A stretch of DNA of 64,000 nt, from NCBI GenBank assembly GCA_964234715.1, contig OZ174280.1. One strand, 5' to 3'. Below are positions 1-13,240 of this stretch, one piece after another. The translations under genes were made by a program, and so were the position numbers. Positions within the stretch are counted from its first letter, which is position 1; the number at the start of each line of letters is the position of its first letter. The notes under the pieces were generated by a model that was given only the letters and a program-made list of their open reading frames with translations, did not search any database and had not been told where the DNA came from. The stretch is from Podarcis melisellensis (taxonomy: Eukaryota).

Positions 1-3000
1 TATATTGACTTCATCCTAGCACTTTTCCCAACCGGCCACTGGATAAACCACTCATTGTTTGAAGGCGGGGATTTGGGACATAGAGTGGGGATGGGCTTTG
101 ATGCTTCAATGCATAACAATTTATCCTAACCTGTTGCCTAAAGGTGAGACTCCCCTCATACACAGGAGTCCATGTTTTTGTGTGGAAGGATAGGTTTAGG
201 AATGAGACACAAGTTACTAGGGCTTGATCTTGGATTATTAGCCCCTGAAATGAGAAACTTCAATTCACAAATCACCCGTATGGTAGTCAATGGCATTCAA
301 AAGGCCCAGCCTGGAGGTGAGAAGTTCTCAGGCCATATAGGGATCTGTGTCTGCTATACACAACATGCTTCATTTCCATTTCCTGTCTGGCCCCTGCCAT
401 GGGATGTCACCTTTCCAACGTACATAAAGACCCCAAACAATGGCCTGCCCTCAAGGGCCAGCATGCCTGAGAACCGAAATGGGGGAAGCGTGCAGGGAAG
501 GGGCAGCAGGTTACAATGGAGACATTTCCCCCTGTGTCGGCATCCTGCAACCTCTCCATCCATTAGCCGTAATTGCTGGCAGCAGAATAACAGCATTTTT
601 AAAAGCAGAGCTTTGCTCTGCTGGGCAGAAAGAAGGGGGAACATGCTCTCTGCTTCAAGGTGCAAATGCCAGGCTCCCATCTGTCAGGAGGAAGGGCAGA
701 CGGAGCCACCCGAGGGCCCGTCACATATCCAATTTGCTCGAAAACATGGGATGGTCCTGCATGCAAAGGGAACACAAGGAATCCTTGAGCAGGTAGAAAT
801 CATGCCCAGCTCTGGGCTAAACAAGTTGCCCCCTGCTGAGAGATGAAGAGGCTGACAGTGATTCACATCTTCATTTACAGCCTCAGAAAAAGGCTAGACC
901 ATCCTAATGGCTCACCACTTTTATCCCTGCAAATATATATTATATCTATATCTTGCCTGCATCCAACACAATGAGCTAAGTTTAGGTTTTAAGGCACCAT
1001 CCAAGCCACTCTAAATACAGGTTAGTGGTGGCTTGCCAGAATCCTAATCTGTGCTGAATTCAGCCTGTGCTAGCATATGCTATACTACAGGCTTGCGATG
1101 GATAGCAGTGTACTGTACAATACAAATGTTAGAAGTAGAAAGTCATTTCCAGTGGTTACTATGAGCTGAAATGTTTGGTGTAAATCATCCCTGAGGCTCA
1201 GTGAGGAAGACACTCAGCCTGCTAAATTTCTCACATATTGTGGGTGGTGCTGAACTTAGTTGTGGGTGGTGCCATCACTTTTCAATGTCTCCCTCCCCAC
1301 TTTGTGGGTGTGGAGGGGGACCTGGCCCTTGCCAGAGGTCTGACCTCATCACTTGTAAATTCCTTTGAATCTAGGCTGAGGGTTTCCCAACTGGCCTGTG
1401 CCAACCATGCCAAAGGTCTCTTCACTGAGGACAAAGAAAGGCAACTTTTTTGGAGAATGGCCAATGTATTGTTTGGATTGCCATTTAGTGGCCTCAGTTA
1501 ACCTGGCATGCAATGAGGTAGAAGGCTGGTGAGGCTCAAATCCAGTTGCCATTCAAAACAGATGTATAAATAAATACCAGCCATCACATCGCCTGAATGA
1601 TCTACTGTTCTATGTAGTTGTTTCATGTTTATCTTGCTGCTCAAGGAGCTCAGAAGCATTTTGGCCTCCTGAGATAAACTGGGCTAAGAAAGGGATTTGC
1701 TACCATATCTACCATACTTTCAGGAAAATATTGTTCCCAGCTAGGAGTTCACAATCTTGTTCACCATTTTTGCCATACTGACATACAGTCAGGCTCTAGT
1801 AAAAAAGAGAAGCCCAAGTCTCTGCTGAAGGGAGAAGGAAGAGATACGTTGACTAGTCTCTGCCTTGCTAGGGATTCCAAGTATAGAGGCAAAACAAGTA
1901 CAGATGGTGACCATTTTAGGCACGATCACTGATGTGTGGGTCCTTTTGGACCTGGAAGAAGTCACAATGGTGTAACAAGGCACAAAATGGTTGTTGCCTG
2001 TAAACTTGTTTCCACTTCCCTTGTCTAGCTCTGCAATGAAGCAGGGGCAGAGGCATGTAGAGGCACATGGGCTTGTTTGTACCTGCCATGCATTTTGAAC
2101 ACCCAGCAACTACAGAGGCAAAGGAAGCCTCTTCTCACCTCCAGTTCCAAGATGGAGAGGGCAGGAGGTTATTTTCACACTGTGCAAAATGTTACACCAC
2201 CACTCCAGCTCCGGACTTCCAGCTGGAGAAGGAAGCAGGGGAATGCTCTCGGATTTGTGCTATGTTTCAGGGGTCCAGTATGCGGTCAAGGACCAGGCCC
2301 CACCCGCTGAAGGATGATGATGATACTCTTGGCACCAACAAATTTTGGGTTGGCCACCAAGGCAAGAAATATTTACTGGCCTCTAATCCCAACTCTAGTA
2401 CCTGAGATTGAAACTGATACCTTATACATGCAAAAAGAATTGTCGCAAAGCAATGATTCCTCCCCATGCTTCTCTTACTGACAATTATGATTATGTTATG
2501 AAAACAGTCACTGTTGGCTTGATCCCTAGGATACACCTGTGCATAGATGAGTGTCCAACAGCCAAGGCATTTGTTTTCTCCAGCATTTCCTTCTTTCCTG
2601 GCCAAGCCTGAAGAGTAGCTTCCTTGCTATACCCTAGAAGCTGCATTCCTCATCAGCCTCCTTTCTCCCTGGCCACCATCCAAATAAAAAAAGAACATCC
2701 CATGACATCATAACCCCTTCCACTCACTCAACGTTTATATTTGTTAAACTTTTTAGCAAACTTTCAGATTTTTGTGTGCATTTGAAGTTCTCAGGATTTA
2801 CTCAACATCTTGACCCAGTAGTCCAATCAAGCTGGGCCTATTTATTAATCACCTCCCAAGAAGCATCCCAAAATGACTGAACAATAAGACATCAACAGCA
2901 AAAAAAATATAAAAACAAGTTATTTATTGCACTTTTAACCCACTCTTCAATCAAAAGAGAGCAGCTTATTTATCAAGACGAAAGTCCCTGCCCTCATATT

Positions 3001-3013
3001 TATAATCTTAAAG

Positions 3014-3283
3014 CATAAGAAGATAAGAAGAGCCTGCTGGATTCAGGCCAGTGGCCCTTCTAGTCCAGTGTCCTGTTCTCACAGTGGCCAACCAAATGCC
3101 TATGGGAAATTTGCAAGCAGGATCTGAGCACAACAGCATACTCTCCTCTTTTGATTCTGAGCAACTGGTATTCAGAAGTATACTGTCTCCAGCAGTGGAG
3201 GCAGAAAATAGCCATCATGACTAGTAGTCAATGACAGCCTTATTCTCCATTAATTTGTCTAATCCACTTTTAAAGCCATCCCA
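3014..3283 (-). mobile_element. CR1-type LINE 3' end fragment
   Basis: cataagaagataagaagagcctgctggattcaggccagtggcccttctagtccag...taatttgtctaatccacttttaaagccatc is the reverse complement of a squamate CR1 3' UTR and tail. Related copies occur at 5780, 30116 and 39036. Confidence 0.8.
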
Positions 3284-4024
3284 GTTTCAAAACCCAGTTC
3301 TGAAAGTTACAGTTCTTATGATTATCAGCTGTTACAAAAACGGTTCAGGTAGACTGACGGAAAGGCTGCTGCTAAGTGATGGTTGGGAAAGCACCAAAGG
3401 CTGCTGGTCTCTCGGCAGAATCAATAGAATAGTCCTGCTTCCCTTCTCTCCTCCTGCTCTGCAGCCGGATTCCACCTGCCTTGCTTTGATCTGGAGGGTC
3501 AGAAGCTGTGCTCTTTTGCAGCTTAAAGTGTTTGTGTACCTAGGACTGCACTGCCTAAGATTATCTTTGGGTCTTGTATAGCTCTGTAATGGTATGGTTA
3601 TCATTCAACCCAAGTCATAGCTTGCAAACTAATTCTGGGGCTCATATATATAGAAAGGTACTTTCAAGGCATGTGAGGAGGAAAATTCTATCAAGTCTCC
3701 CACCATCAGCCATTTCTAATAATGAGATGTGGTAACAGCCTCCTGTTGTGACTGGATACTAAAGAAAACCAGTTCCTAAAATGATGTGATTTTGTATGCA
3801 TTGTTATTTATTCTATGATTTGGCTGCTTGCTTTTTATTTTGTGTTCTATACACCATATCTGTACGGTGGGTTATAAATACTTTAATAAAATAAAAATAA
3901 ATCATAAATGTACATCAGCTTTGTAATACGCTATTATCTGCATCTACCTTAAGATTCATAAATGCTTTCGTAAATTGGAAAAATCCTGTAAGCCAGGCCC
4001 CAAATGCAGCCATTATCTCTATTA

Positions 4025-4245
4025 ATATATTTATTTGTATCCTGTCCTTCCTCTAAGTAGCTCAGGGTGAAATATATGGTTCCTCTTCCCTTCTATGATC
4101 ACACAAGTCACGTGAGTTAGGTTAGGCTGAGAGGCAGGAAACAGGCCCAATGTCAAATAGCAGGCTTTGTAGCTGAGCAAGGATTTTAACTCCAGCCTTC
4201 CTGGTCTACGTCCAACACTCTAGTGACTGTCACTACACCACACTA
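4025..4245 (-). mobile_element. Old MIR/Ther1-like SINE
   Basis: Degenerate gtgagttaggttaggctgagag core, ggattttaactcc box-B-like segment and cactacaccacact head on the reverse strand. Boundaries approximate. Confidence 0.55.
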
Positions 4246-5557
4246 ACTCTCACGAGGCCACAGGCAGCTTTTGCTGCATGCTTGAGGTGGCCTTTGGCCC
4301 CAGCAATTCTTTATGGGATGCTATTTTCCACAACTCCAGAACACAGTCGTGTTCTAAAGGGAAAAAGTCTCAAAGAGCTGTATTTCTGTCAACCAAGCCC
4401 ACATTGGGGCTTTCTGATGGCTGTCTTAACAATGGCAAGGCTGGTGAGACATCTTCATTAAGCACAGTCTCAGCCACTTGCAAGATCTCCCATGAATGTC
4501 CACCTGCCCTTTCGGACTTACTCTTCTTCACTACTTTTCCTAAGTCCCAACTCATTACTGCAGACAATTTGAACACTGAATTTGTACTGTTGCAAAGAAC
4601 TCCAGCATTGGAACCACCAGTACCTTGAAATTACCATATGACAGGACACATGCTGTAATAAAAATATCTTTACCTGTCAGTGAAAGACAGTCTGAGAAGG
4701 AGCCACCCACATTTTGTGAAGCAATGTCTATCTCCTGTTCCCACAAAATACTGAAGCATATAATATTTATTCACAGAAATGCAGGGCATTCTCCTCCAAT
4801 GTGGTACCCACTCCTTGGAACTCCTTCTTCTGGCAGATCAGACTGGCAAGGTTGTGAAGAGTTGGTGAAAAACTGTACACCAAGGTGTTTGTGGCTTGTG
4901 GGCTTTCACGACTGTTCTTTGTGTTTCTCAATAGTGTTTTATTATGATGGGTTTAGATAGCCTTGAGTTCCTAGCAATGCCTAGAAAGAGTTCTGCAAAT
5001 GTTTATGCAGAAACAAATAGATGAATAAATGCAGGTGGACTACCTGGGCATATAGTGGCAGGCCAAGGACCTGCACTGGAGAAAAAATTACTCAGCCTCT
5101 GTGATTAATACCACTCACCCAGCCCTGATGCATACATAATGCTGCTCAATAGTAATGAAGTGTTAACAGAGCCATTTACTCAGAAATTCCTTTTTATCTT
5201 TCCATAAGTCTTTATAAAGGCAGAAGCAACGGCATTTCCCACCTGTCAGGATATTTGTGGAATGGGACAAGTCACTTACGACACTTCTGAAAGTTCTGTT
5301 TTATTTATGAAGGAGTTGGACAGACATCCAGTTAAGAAAAACATCAATCTATTTAGCCTGGTAGGTTCTACAGAGTTTTCTTGAGTCTCAGGAAGACGTC
5401 CTTCTCAGCCCTGCTATGTGAGAACTTTTTAACCAGATAACCCAAGGAATCTATCTGTGTCTTCATATGAACACTGCCAAGCTGATGTTCTTCCACACTC
5501 CTCTCACCTCAGAAGTTTCTCCAGTGGCAGACACTAGACTGGTACCTAGCAACATAA

Positions 5558-5739
5558 CCTTATGCCAAGTCAGACACTGGTCCATCCAGCTCATTGTTGT
5601 CTATACAGACTGGCTTGTGGCTCTCCAGGGTTTTAGGCAGAGAAGTTTCCTCCAGACCTACTTGGAGGTGCCAGGCACTGAACTTGGTACTTTTTGCATG
5701 TAAACCATGTGCTCTTCTACAGAACTACATTCCTTCCCC
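5558..5739 (-). mobile_element. tRNA-derived squamate SINE with CR1-like 3' part
   Basis: Reverse strand reads ggggaagg..gtagttctgtagaagagcacatggtttacatgcaaaaagtaccaagttcagtgcctggcacctccaag...ctggagagcc...gagctggatggaccagtgtctgacttggcataagg. Same family as the head at 13163. Confidence 0.7.
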
Positions 5740-5779
5740 TTGTAGTGAGGTCATGGTCCACAAACCTGCAAACCACACT

Positions 5780-5944
5780 TGGAGGCAGTATACTCCTGAA
5801 AAGCAGTTTGTGGAAACCACAGGAAGGCAAAGTGCTCACATGCTCATGCCCTGCATGCAAGTTTCCCACAGGCATCTGGCTGGCTGCTATGAGAATAGGA
5901 TACTGGACTAGACGGGACATTAAGGCTCTTCTTACATTCTAATG
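5780..5944 (+). mobile_element. CR1-type LINE 3' end fragment
   Basis: tggaggcagtatactcctgaa...ggcatctggctggctgctatgagaataggatactggactaga...cttacattctaatg matches the reverse complement of 3014-3200. Confidence 0.7.
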
Positions 5945-6379
5945 AGCTGCTCCATCTGGTCTCTTCTCTACACTCAATTTTATAGCCACAAACTCAAAAA
6001 AAAGTCCACATTGGGGCCACTGAAAGTGCTTGTGTGCACAACAAGAATGCTGGGAGATAGAAATGAACCAGCAGCTGACTGCAAATATAACCTCTGTTCA
6101 CCAGAAAGCTCTCTGTAAACTCTGCCAAAATGAGAGCTGAGCCTTGCAGCTACACTGAAGCTTTGCAATATGGGCATTGCCTCTTCCTTTGTATAAAGAC
6201 AGAGATGGCAAGTCTGGATGTGAAAAGCCATGGCATGGTTAGATACAGTAAGGCTAAAACTGTGCCCCCTTCCCCTCCATGAGATAACGACCAGGCTGAT
6301 ATTGAAGGATAACAGTGGTTCGGCAATAAGAGGGGGGGAAAGCAATTTCATCTTTATTAGTGGGAGAATTCTCTTTTAG

Positions 6380-6519
6380 NNNNNNNNNNNNNNNNNNNNN
6401 NNNNNNNNNNNNNNNNNNNNNNNNNNNNNNNNNNNNNNNNNNNNNNNNNNNNNNNNNNNNNNNNNNNNNNNNNNNNNNNNNNNNNNNNNNNNNNNNNNNN
6501 NNNNNNNNNNNNNNNNNNN
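6380..6519. other. Assembly gap (140 N)
   Basis: Run of n characters. Confidence 1.
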
Positions 6520-6539
6520 GAGGAGTGGAGATTTTTTTC

Positions 6540-7430
6540 CCTACTTTGCGCAAAAAAAAAATCCTCATAAAGTGTTTATTAAGAGCGGGTAAGAAGGGGA
6601 TAATGATGTGTTTGGAAATTAAGGCAATCAAACATTTAATGCTATGCACTCCTGTAGGCAAAAGCATTCAAATGAGTCAATTAGACATCCATTATCCAGG
6701 CACGATTAAACACGGCAGAACGAGAGGCTGTCCGCCCCAGTGCCTGTTTGTGCTGAGGACTTATGCCCACTTAAAGCTGGCTAATAAAACACTAAACTTG
6801 GAAGAGGATGCAAAATGCGGGTGTGGGGGGGGGGGAGTCAAAGGAAGGAAGGTAAGACATAAGGAAGTGGATTGCCAGGATGACAGGCAGGCCATGAGAG
6901 GAGGGACAATGATGTAGTGGTGTCTTGTGGACCAGGGTTTCATAAATCACAATAATTAAGTTAACACGGAAATCAACTTCACCATCCCGTTAAATTACAG
7001 CATTTGCATATTAGGGCTCAAATGAAGTCTGTGTTTTGGCAGGACAAGGAGCGGGCTGGAGAGAGGGGGAAAGTAGGGTGGGAGGGGAGGAAGGAGGGAG
7101 CTGATAAGGGATCCATTTATTATGGTGAATAACTAATTTCAGAATTTATAGTGCTGGATTTTCGTCCCCATGCCATTTATATTACCGGTGGAAATTAAGG
7201 GGCGGGCAGGAGGCTGGCTGGACATCTTTCTGCGTTATTGCTTGTCTGCCATTTGCAAATCATTATTAATTGTGGCCCACGCACATGGTGCAGCAGGCCA
7301 CAGCGCCTGGACAGACAGTGCCAGCACACATATCTCTTCATCAGGCCCCCAGCCACTGGCCCTGAGAGGCAATTACCCCTCCCTGATTGGTATCAGATAA
7401 GGAGGGAATTTTTACAAATTAGAGAATAAA
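6540..7430. promoter_or_regulatory. Candidate conserved non-coding element cluster (enhancer)
   Basis: Repeat-free and CpG-retaining. Pbx-Hox TGATTTATG (minus strand, 6941-6949), TAATTA, octamer ATTTGCAT (7002-7009), GATA sites (7101-7108, 7394-7401), several TTTAT/TAAT cores. Conservation is inferred, not tested. Confidence 0.55.
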
Positions 7431-9980
7431 TAGGATTTCCACACATGGAGCAGAGAGGACTTGAGAGGCGGTAATGAAAAACGATACATCACCATCAGCT
7501 AGACAATCCTATTCATACAGTCCTGTATTATGCTCACCACTCATAAAAATCCCACCAAATGACAGACAGACACCGACAACATGTCTTGCAAAATCAGACA
7601 CACTCCCCACCCTCAGAGTTTCCGTGGGCAGTTATCGGGGACCTTTCCCTCCAAAATGGCTACCACTAGAGATGCAATCCTGCCAACAGCTGTTTTTTTC
7701 ACATAAGGATTTCCCTGGGCTAGTGAAGCCATGCCTTCAGGTTTCAACGTCTTGTCCCGTAACTGGAGATGTGAGGTGTGGACTGTGAGTATACAGCGTG
7801 GGAGATGCTCAGTTTGTACATCATCCTTAAAAATACTTCTGTGTTAGCACTTCACTTAGACCAGGGCTGAACCCAGCACTGAGAGGAATGAGCTGGAGTT
7901 GCACTGAAGACTGATTACCAGTTTTCCACCAGAAAGACCAGGGCAAACCTAATGAATATATTTTAGAGATACAAAACTAATTTTCTCCATCATGCCAAAT
8001 TTGACTGGCAATTCTGTTTTGTTTTTAAATTCCCATAGCGTATTAACATAAGAAAACTGATTCTGTTGCAAATCACAGCCTTGAGTGGACTCCCTCTTAC
8101 TATCTCTAAACTATGCCTTAATTCCCTTGGAATCTGTTTGGCTTAATTATATCCCAAGAGGCATTCATTTCTGCACTTCAGGTAGAATTTTGGGGGTATA
8201 CAAAGCCTGGCTTAGAATAGCAGCAAAAATATCTGCAGGCTTTCTAAGTGACTTCCTTGTAGTGCAGCGTAATGTCCCTCTCCTGGGAATTAGTACACCA
8301 CTCTGCAAGGGAGCATTTTTGTGCTATACAGTTTCTATAGGTGTTAAGAAATTTCAGAAATCCAGCATGCATCCGAGCAGGGAGGCAAAGAGGACTCAAA
8401 ACTCACCAGTTGCTCAGGATCTGGGCCAATCCAGAATGACAGACCCAGTTCCCTAAGCATGTCCCCTCTGTGAAATGGACTTGGACAGTTGTTAATCTGG
8501 GCTTGGTTAAGAGATCTTGCTATGCCTTGTTTTAAAGGTTTCCACACTGGCTGATGTACCTATCCAGACCTCAGTCTAAGCAAAATTATGAGAACTCCTC
8601 CCCAAGTATGACTCATCATTTGACAGCACTAATTCTGGTCCCTATAATCCACAGAAACCACTTTCACTTCAGAATATGCCTTGGTCCCACACTGCTCCCT
8701 TTACAATGCTCCTCTAATGTCAGAGAGAGGAGAAGAGGGGCATCTGCAAGGAGACAGAAAGCAAACTGGAATCTTCCACCCTGGATTTGCAGTTAGTCCT
8801 CCACTGTGGAAACCATGATATTAATAGCCCTTACAAGGTTACTGGTTTGATCCACACATGACTATGTTCAATTATAACCTTTAATTAACCCCCCCCCCTC
8901 ATATTTCTACAGCCACATTTCCTGGTCTGCAATATTTCAGAGAAGAATCTTAGGGCCAAATAAATGGGAGAACATTTCAGGCATTAAGCAATTAAATGAA
9001 TTTTTGGAAGTCTGGATGTTAGGCACGAGAGCCTCAATCCTGATTGAGACCCTGTTTGGAGGAGGAATTTAAACCCTTTGCCGTCACTGCAGTCCCAATC
9101 CAGACCAGGCCCCCATACCTGCTACACCAGCTATATTCACTTAAATGAACATTCATACAATTGCTAACTGAATGGTACCATGGTTAAGTTGGCCCACAGG
9201 CAGTTATACTTTGGCAACAACATCGTTTTCTGTGCAAGCTCCAGTGAAATAAATGGCAACTGATCCAAAGCATATCCATGTTTTTGAGCAAGCCCCATTC
9301 CTCACAGGGGCCTCACACAGAAGATGCTCAGGTTTACTGTGCCATAGGTTGAGTGGTTGTGTGATGCTATGGAGAACAGCTTAAAACATCCCTAATGACC
9401 AGAAAGGACCCCAAATGGGATTTAAACTGGGGGAGAATTTGTTAGAAAACAATTGTCACAATCCGTTATTTCCTCAATTTTCTTGTGCATTTAGATGCCT
9501 AATTGTATGTGCCAGCTTGATTTAGCCATTATTCCCCAGTTTTGCTCTGGTGGGTGTTCCCGGGAGCACTCATTCACACACACTCACACACACACACAGT
9601 GTAAGGGTCAGGGGTGAAGCAGGAGCCAATACTCTTAAGCTGAAAGGATCTCCATCCTTCACTGCTCCAAATCAACCAGCCAGGTGTTTGACTGTCTTGG
9701 CAATGGGGATGGATTGCCATTTCCGGCACAGAAGCTGTTCTACATGCAGTTCGAAATGCGTAAGGGAGCTCAGAGACTGGGAGTTGGGGGAGGGGGCACG
9801 GTGAAGGTCTGCACTACGGAAAGATACGTCATTAGGTAGTGCCTGAAGCACAACTGTGTTTAAAATAGTAATACCAGGGGAATTGCCCGTATTTGTCGGT
9901 GACTATTGCGGGGGAAAGGGTTTGAGTATGGAGACTGCTAGCCCCAAGTGATCCAGTGCATTTCTTTTTGAACAAGAGTA

Positions 9981-10169
9981 CAATGGTACCTAGGTTTACG
10001 AACTTAATCCGTTCCTGAAGTCCGTTCTCAAACCAAATCTGTTCTTAAACTGAGGCACACTTTCCCTAATGAGGCCTCCTGCCGCCAGTGCCCTTCCACC
10101 ATTCAGCTTACGTTCTTAGACTGAGGTAAAGTTTGCAAACCGAACAGTTTGTAAACCGAGGTACCGCTG
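9981..10169. mobile_element. Tc1/mariner (Tigger-like) MITE
   Basis: TA|caatggtacctaggtttacgaac ... gtttgtaaaccgaggtaccgctg|TA: terminal inverted repeats and TA target duplication. Confidence 0.85.
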
Positions 10170-12513
10170 TATATGTAGGAGCAGTGCTATTTTCCACTCC
10201 CTGATCTTCCATGGATCTCTTGTGTGATCACAGATAAGAACATGCTCTGGGCTACTTCCCGAACTCTACTATAGGTAATTCTGATTACAAAAAGTGGGAG
10301 AACACTGAACTTTTCACAGCATCATTCCATGGATCTAGTGTAGAAAGAGGTAAGAAGTCACAATTCAATAGCTGAAAATGTTATTCTAAAAGCAACATTG
10401 GGAAGGCAGAGTGTGGTGCAAACAGCAGTAGTGTATACCTGCCTGCAAGGACATTGCCTCCTCTCTCACTAGACGAAATGGCTAGAGCAATACTGCTTCT
10501 GGTATACAGCCATATATTCTCTAGGGGAAGGTCAGACCTCTGCTTGCTGTAAAGGAGTCATGTCTTAGCACTTATCCTCACAATATTTATGGCAAGTTTA
10601 TGCCTGGCTGTTAAAGTCAGCAGTAGTTACTGCTGATAAAGGCAGGGCTCTGCTCCCTGGAACTTTCTGCCCTTGCTAAACTGCTCATTGCTGTCTCTTG
10701 GCTGCTCCTGCTGAGAACCTCACATGAACACTGGGGTTTCCTTTCCAGCAATGAGTAATTTCAATACTCGCTGCAGAAAAGCACCAGTCACCTCTGCAGG
10801 CCCTGAAGAGCCTCTGGGTTCTATATTCCTATGCTTGGATTGCTACAAGCAAGGACCGGCTTTTTCTGTCTACACTTGCACCATGTGCTAGGGACTATAG
10901 CCTGGCCTCATGGGTACCTTCACAACCAAAGATTTTAAAATGAAATTATAATGATCACCCATTCAACTCCACTGAAGCCCCACTGGTCTCTTGTGGATAT
11001 CTTGGGTTGCAAGAGGAACCTGGTCCTAAATATTAACAGATATTTTTGCTTCATTGGTATCTTACACAAGAAGTATGTGACGGGCAAGAAATGGTGAATC
11101 TTATCTTCCAAATAGCTGCTTGCACCCTTACTGCCAGATAGAAAGGAGATGCACCCTTTGAGTAGGGTAGCTGGTCTTCCAGCTACTCCACTTGCCCGTT
11201 ATTTTTACCTTGTCAAGAAATTATTTTTATCATATTCATTGACTTGAGAGCAGCTGCCCTTCCATCCCTTTCCATCCACTGCTCATGAGTGGGATTCAGC
11301 TAATAAGACCATTAATGGAATCCCTATGCAAGGGCTTTCATTTGTGCAACAGGGGCTTTCCCACCTGCACCCCCCAAAATTGGCTCTTGGGCAGGGGGAG
11401 AACTCTCGGAACAGCCTGCTCAGGAAGGAAAGGGGATATTGTTCAGTCTGCAAGTCAAAATGCTTGCCCTGATGCAACAATCACCTTAGCACGGCACTGA
11501 ACCCCACCCCACGTCTCACAAGCAAGCCTTGAACAACCCCTTGGTCACTTCCTGGTTCAGCTGAAGCTACTGGGATTGGGACCCTAATTAGGAAGAGACA
11601 TCAAAGTCAAAATGGGAGAATCTGTTAAGTAGAGCTACTTCTCCCTGAGAGTGACACACCATGACAAGAAAAAGGAATGAAAGGGAAGGGTTGCAATTCC
11701 GGAGCTTCCAAGAGTCCTAATATAAAGTTTTCTGCTTTAAAGCCAGGCGAGATGGCCTAGTTATTGCGTTGAAAGGCTTCGGAATGAAACTGCAGAGCTA
11801 CACTCAAAATCTTTCAAATAAGCCCAGCTTCATTTTGGCAGGTCCAGCAAGGCAGAGGCACTGATTGCACACAGAAGGCCAGCTCTCTTTATCTTGGAGG
11901 GAGACCTGCCTATTTTTAAACATTAGCTCCCAATCCTCAGTCCAGCCCTTTGTCTCTCTTGCCTTCGGAAGGACAGATCAAACGCCAGACCCTTGCCATT
12001 GTTTCTCTCCCAGCGAGAAGGATGCAGAGCTGTAATCTTCCCACAAAGCCACACGCTTCAAAGGAATCAAAAGTGCTTATTAAAAGTCCTGGGAAACTAA
12101 TTTAATAACATCCCAAAGGGCTGGAAAAATCAGCACCGGAGGCTCAAAATATAGCCAGGGGTGAGGAACTATTTTATCTAGCTACAGATGCACAACAGCC
12201 TCCTGTGCTCAAGAGGGAGTTTCTTCCATCTCCACAAGGGAAGAATCTACATTTGTTTTGTGCCTTTAAATGATTTCTCTGGTACTCTGCCTACTGATAG
12301 TTCTTTGCCAGCACTACTTCTAAAAATCCACCGCTCTTCATCAGACTACATGGGCTCTAATGAACTGATCAACATTATCAGTAGCCTCAAAAAAACTTTT
12401 ATTATGAAAAGCAACCAATAATGTTATGTATCTCTCTGGGTCCCCACCAAAGACAGGGACCACACATTCAACAATAGCCTAGAATTTACAAGAAAGCCAT
12501 ACTAGGAGGTAAC

Positions 12514-12520
<7 letters not shown>

Positions 12521-12554
<34 letters not shown>
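12521..12554. repeat. (GT)17 microsatellite
   Basis: Perfect GT run. Confidence 0.95.
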
Positions 12555-12556
<2 letters not shown>

Positions 12557-12701
12557 TTGCAAATGTGGGGAGACAATAGATTAATAAATCAAAGCATAGG
12601 ATAATTTATTCATTAAACTATTACTTTAAGGATTAGCTATTGGCACTGCTTTTAGAAATAAAGTTGATGCTTAAATTTACCTGGTTTTGCATATGCCTAT
12701 A

Positions 12702-12917
12702 CAGTCGTACTTTGATTTTCGAACCGTTTAGTTCTTGAATGTTTTGGCTCCCAAATGCCACAAATCCGGAAGTGACTGTTCCGGTTTGCAAACTATTTTG
12801 GGAAGCCAAACATCCAACGGGGCTTCCGATTGGCTGCAGGAAACTTTGGTTTCCGAACGCTTTGGAAGTCAAACAGACTTCCAGAATGGATTCTGTTCAA
12901 CTTCCAAGGTACGACTG
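12702..12917. mobile_element. Tc1/mariner (Tigger-like) MITE
   Basis: TA|cagtcgtactttga ... tccaaggtacgactg|TA. Confidence 0.85.
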
Positions 12918-12934
12918 TATTGAATGGCTTAGCA

Positions 12935-13070
12935 TAGGCATAGGCAAACTCGGCCCTCCAGATGTTTTGGGACTACAATTCCCACCATCCCTGACCACTG
13001 GCCCTGTTAGCTAGGGATCATGGGAGTTGTAGTCCCATAACATCTGGATGGCTGAGTTTGCCTATGTCTG
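12935..13070. mobile_element. hAT-type palindromic MITE
   Basis: About 56-bp inverted arms (taggcataggcaaactcggccctccagatg... / ...catctggatggctgagtttgcctatgtctg). Perfect 8-bp TSD gcttagca at 12927-12934 and 13071-13078. Confidence 0.9.
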
Positions 13071-13162
13071 GCTTAGCATATATTATAACCCCCAGGGGTT
13101 GTTGGACTAGAATTCCTTCAGCTACAGCCAGAAGACCAATAGGGATGACAGAAGCTGGAGAA

Positions 13163-13240
13163 GGAACCATGTAGTTCAAGTGGTAGAGCACCTGCTTTCC
13201 ATGCATAAAGTCTTGGATTCAATCCCCAGCATCTCCAGGA
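13163..13240 (+). mobile_element. tRNA-derived SINE head (3'-truncated)
   Basis: gtagttcaagtggtagagca (box A-like) ... ggattcaatcccc (box B-like) agcatctccagg. Same family as 5558-5739. Confidence 0.7.

Noticed and set aside
172-846. 224-aa ORF, the longest in the track
   Set aside because: No recognisable domain, overlapping ORFs in several frames and no clear splice context; consistent with a chance ORF.
6254-6917. 137-aa and 185-aa ORFs
   Set aside because: They are open only because they run through the N gap.
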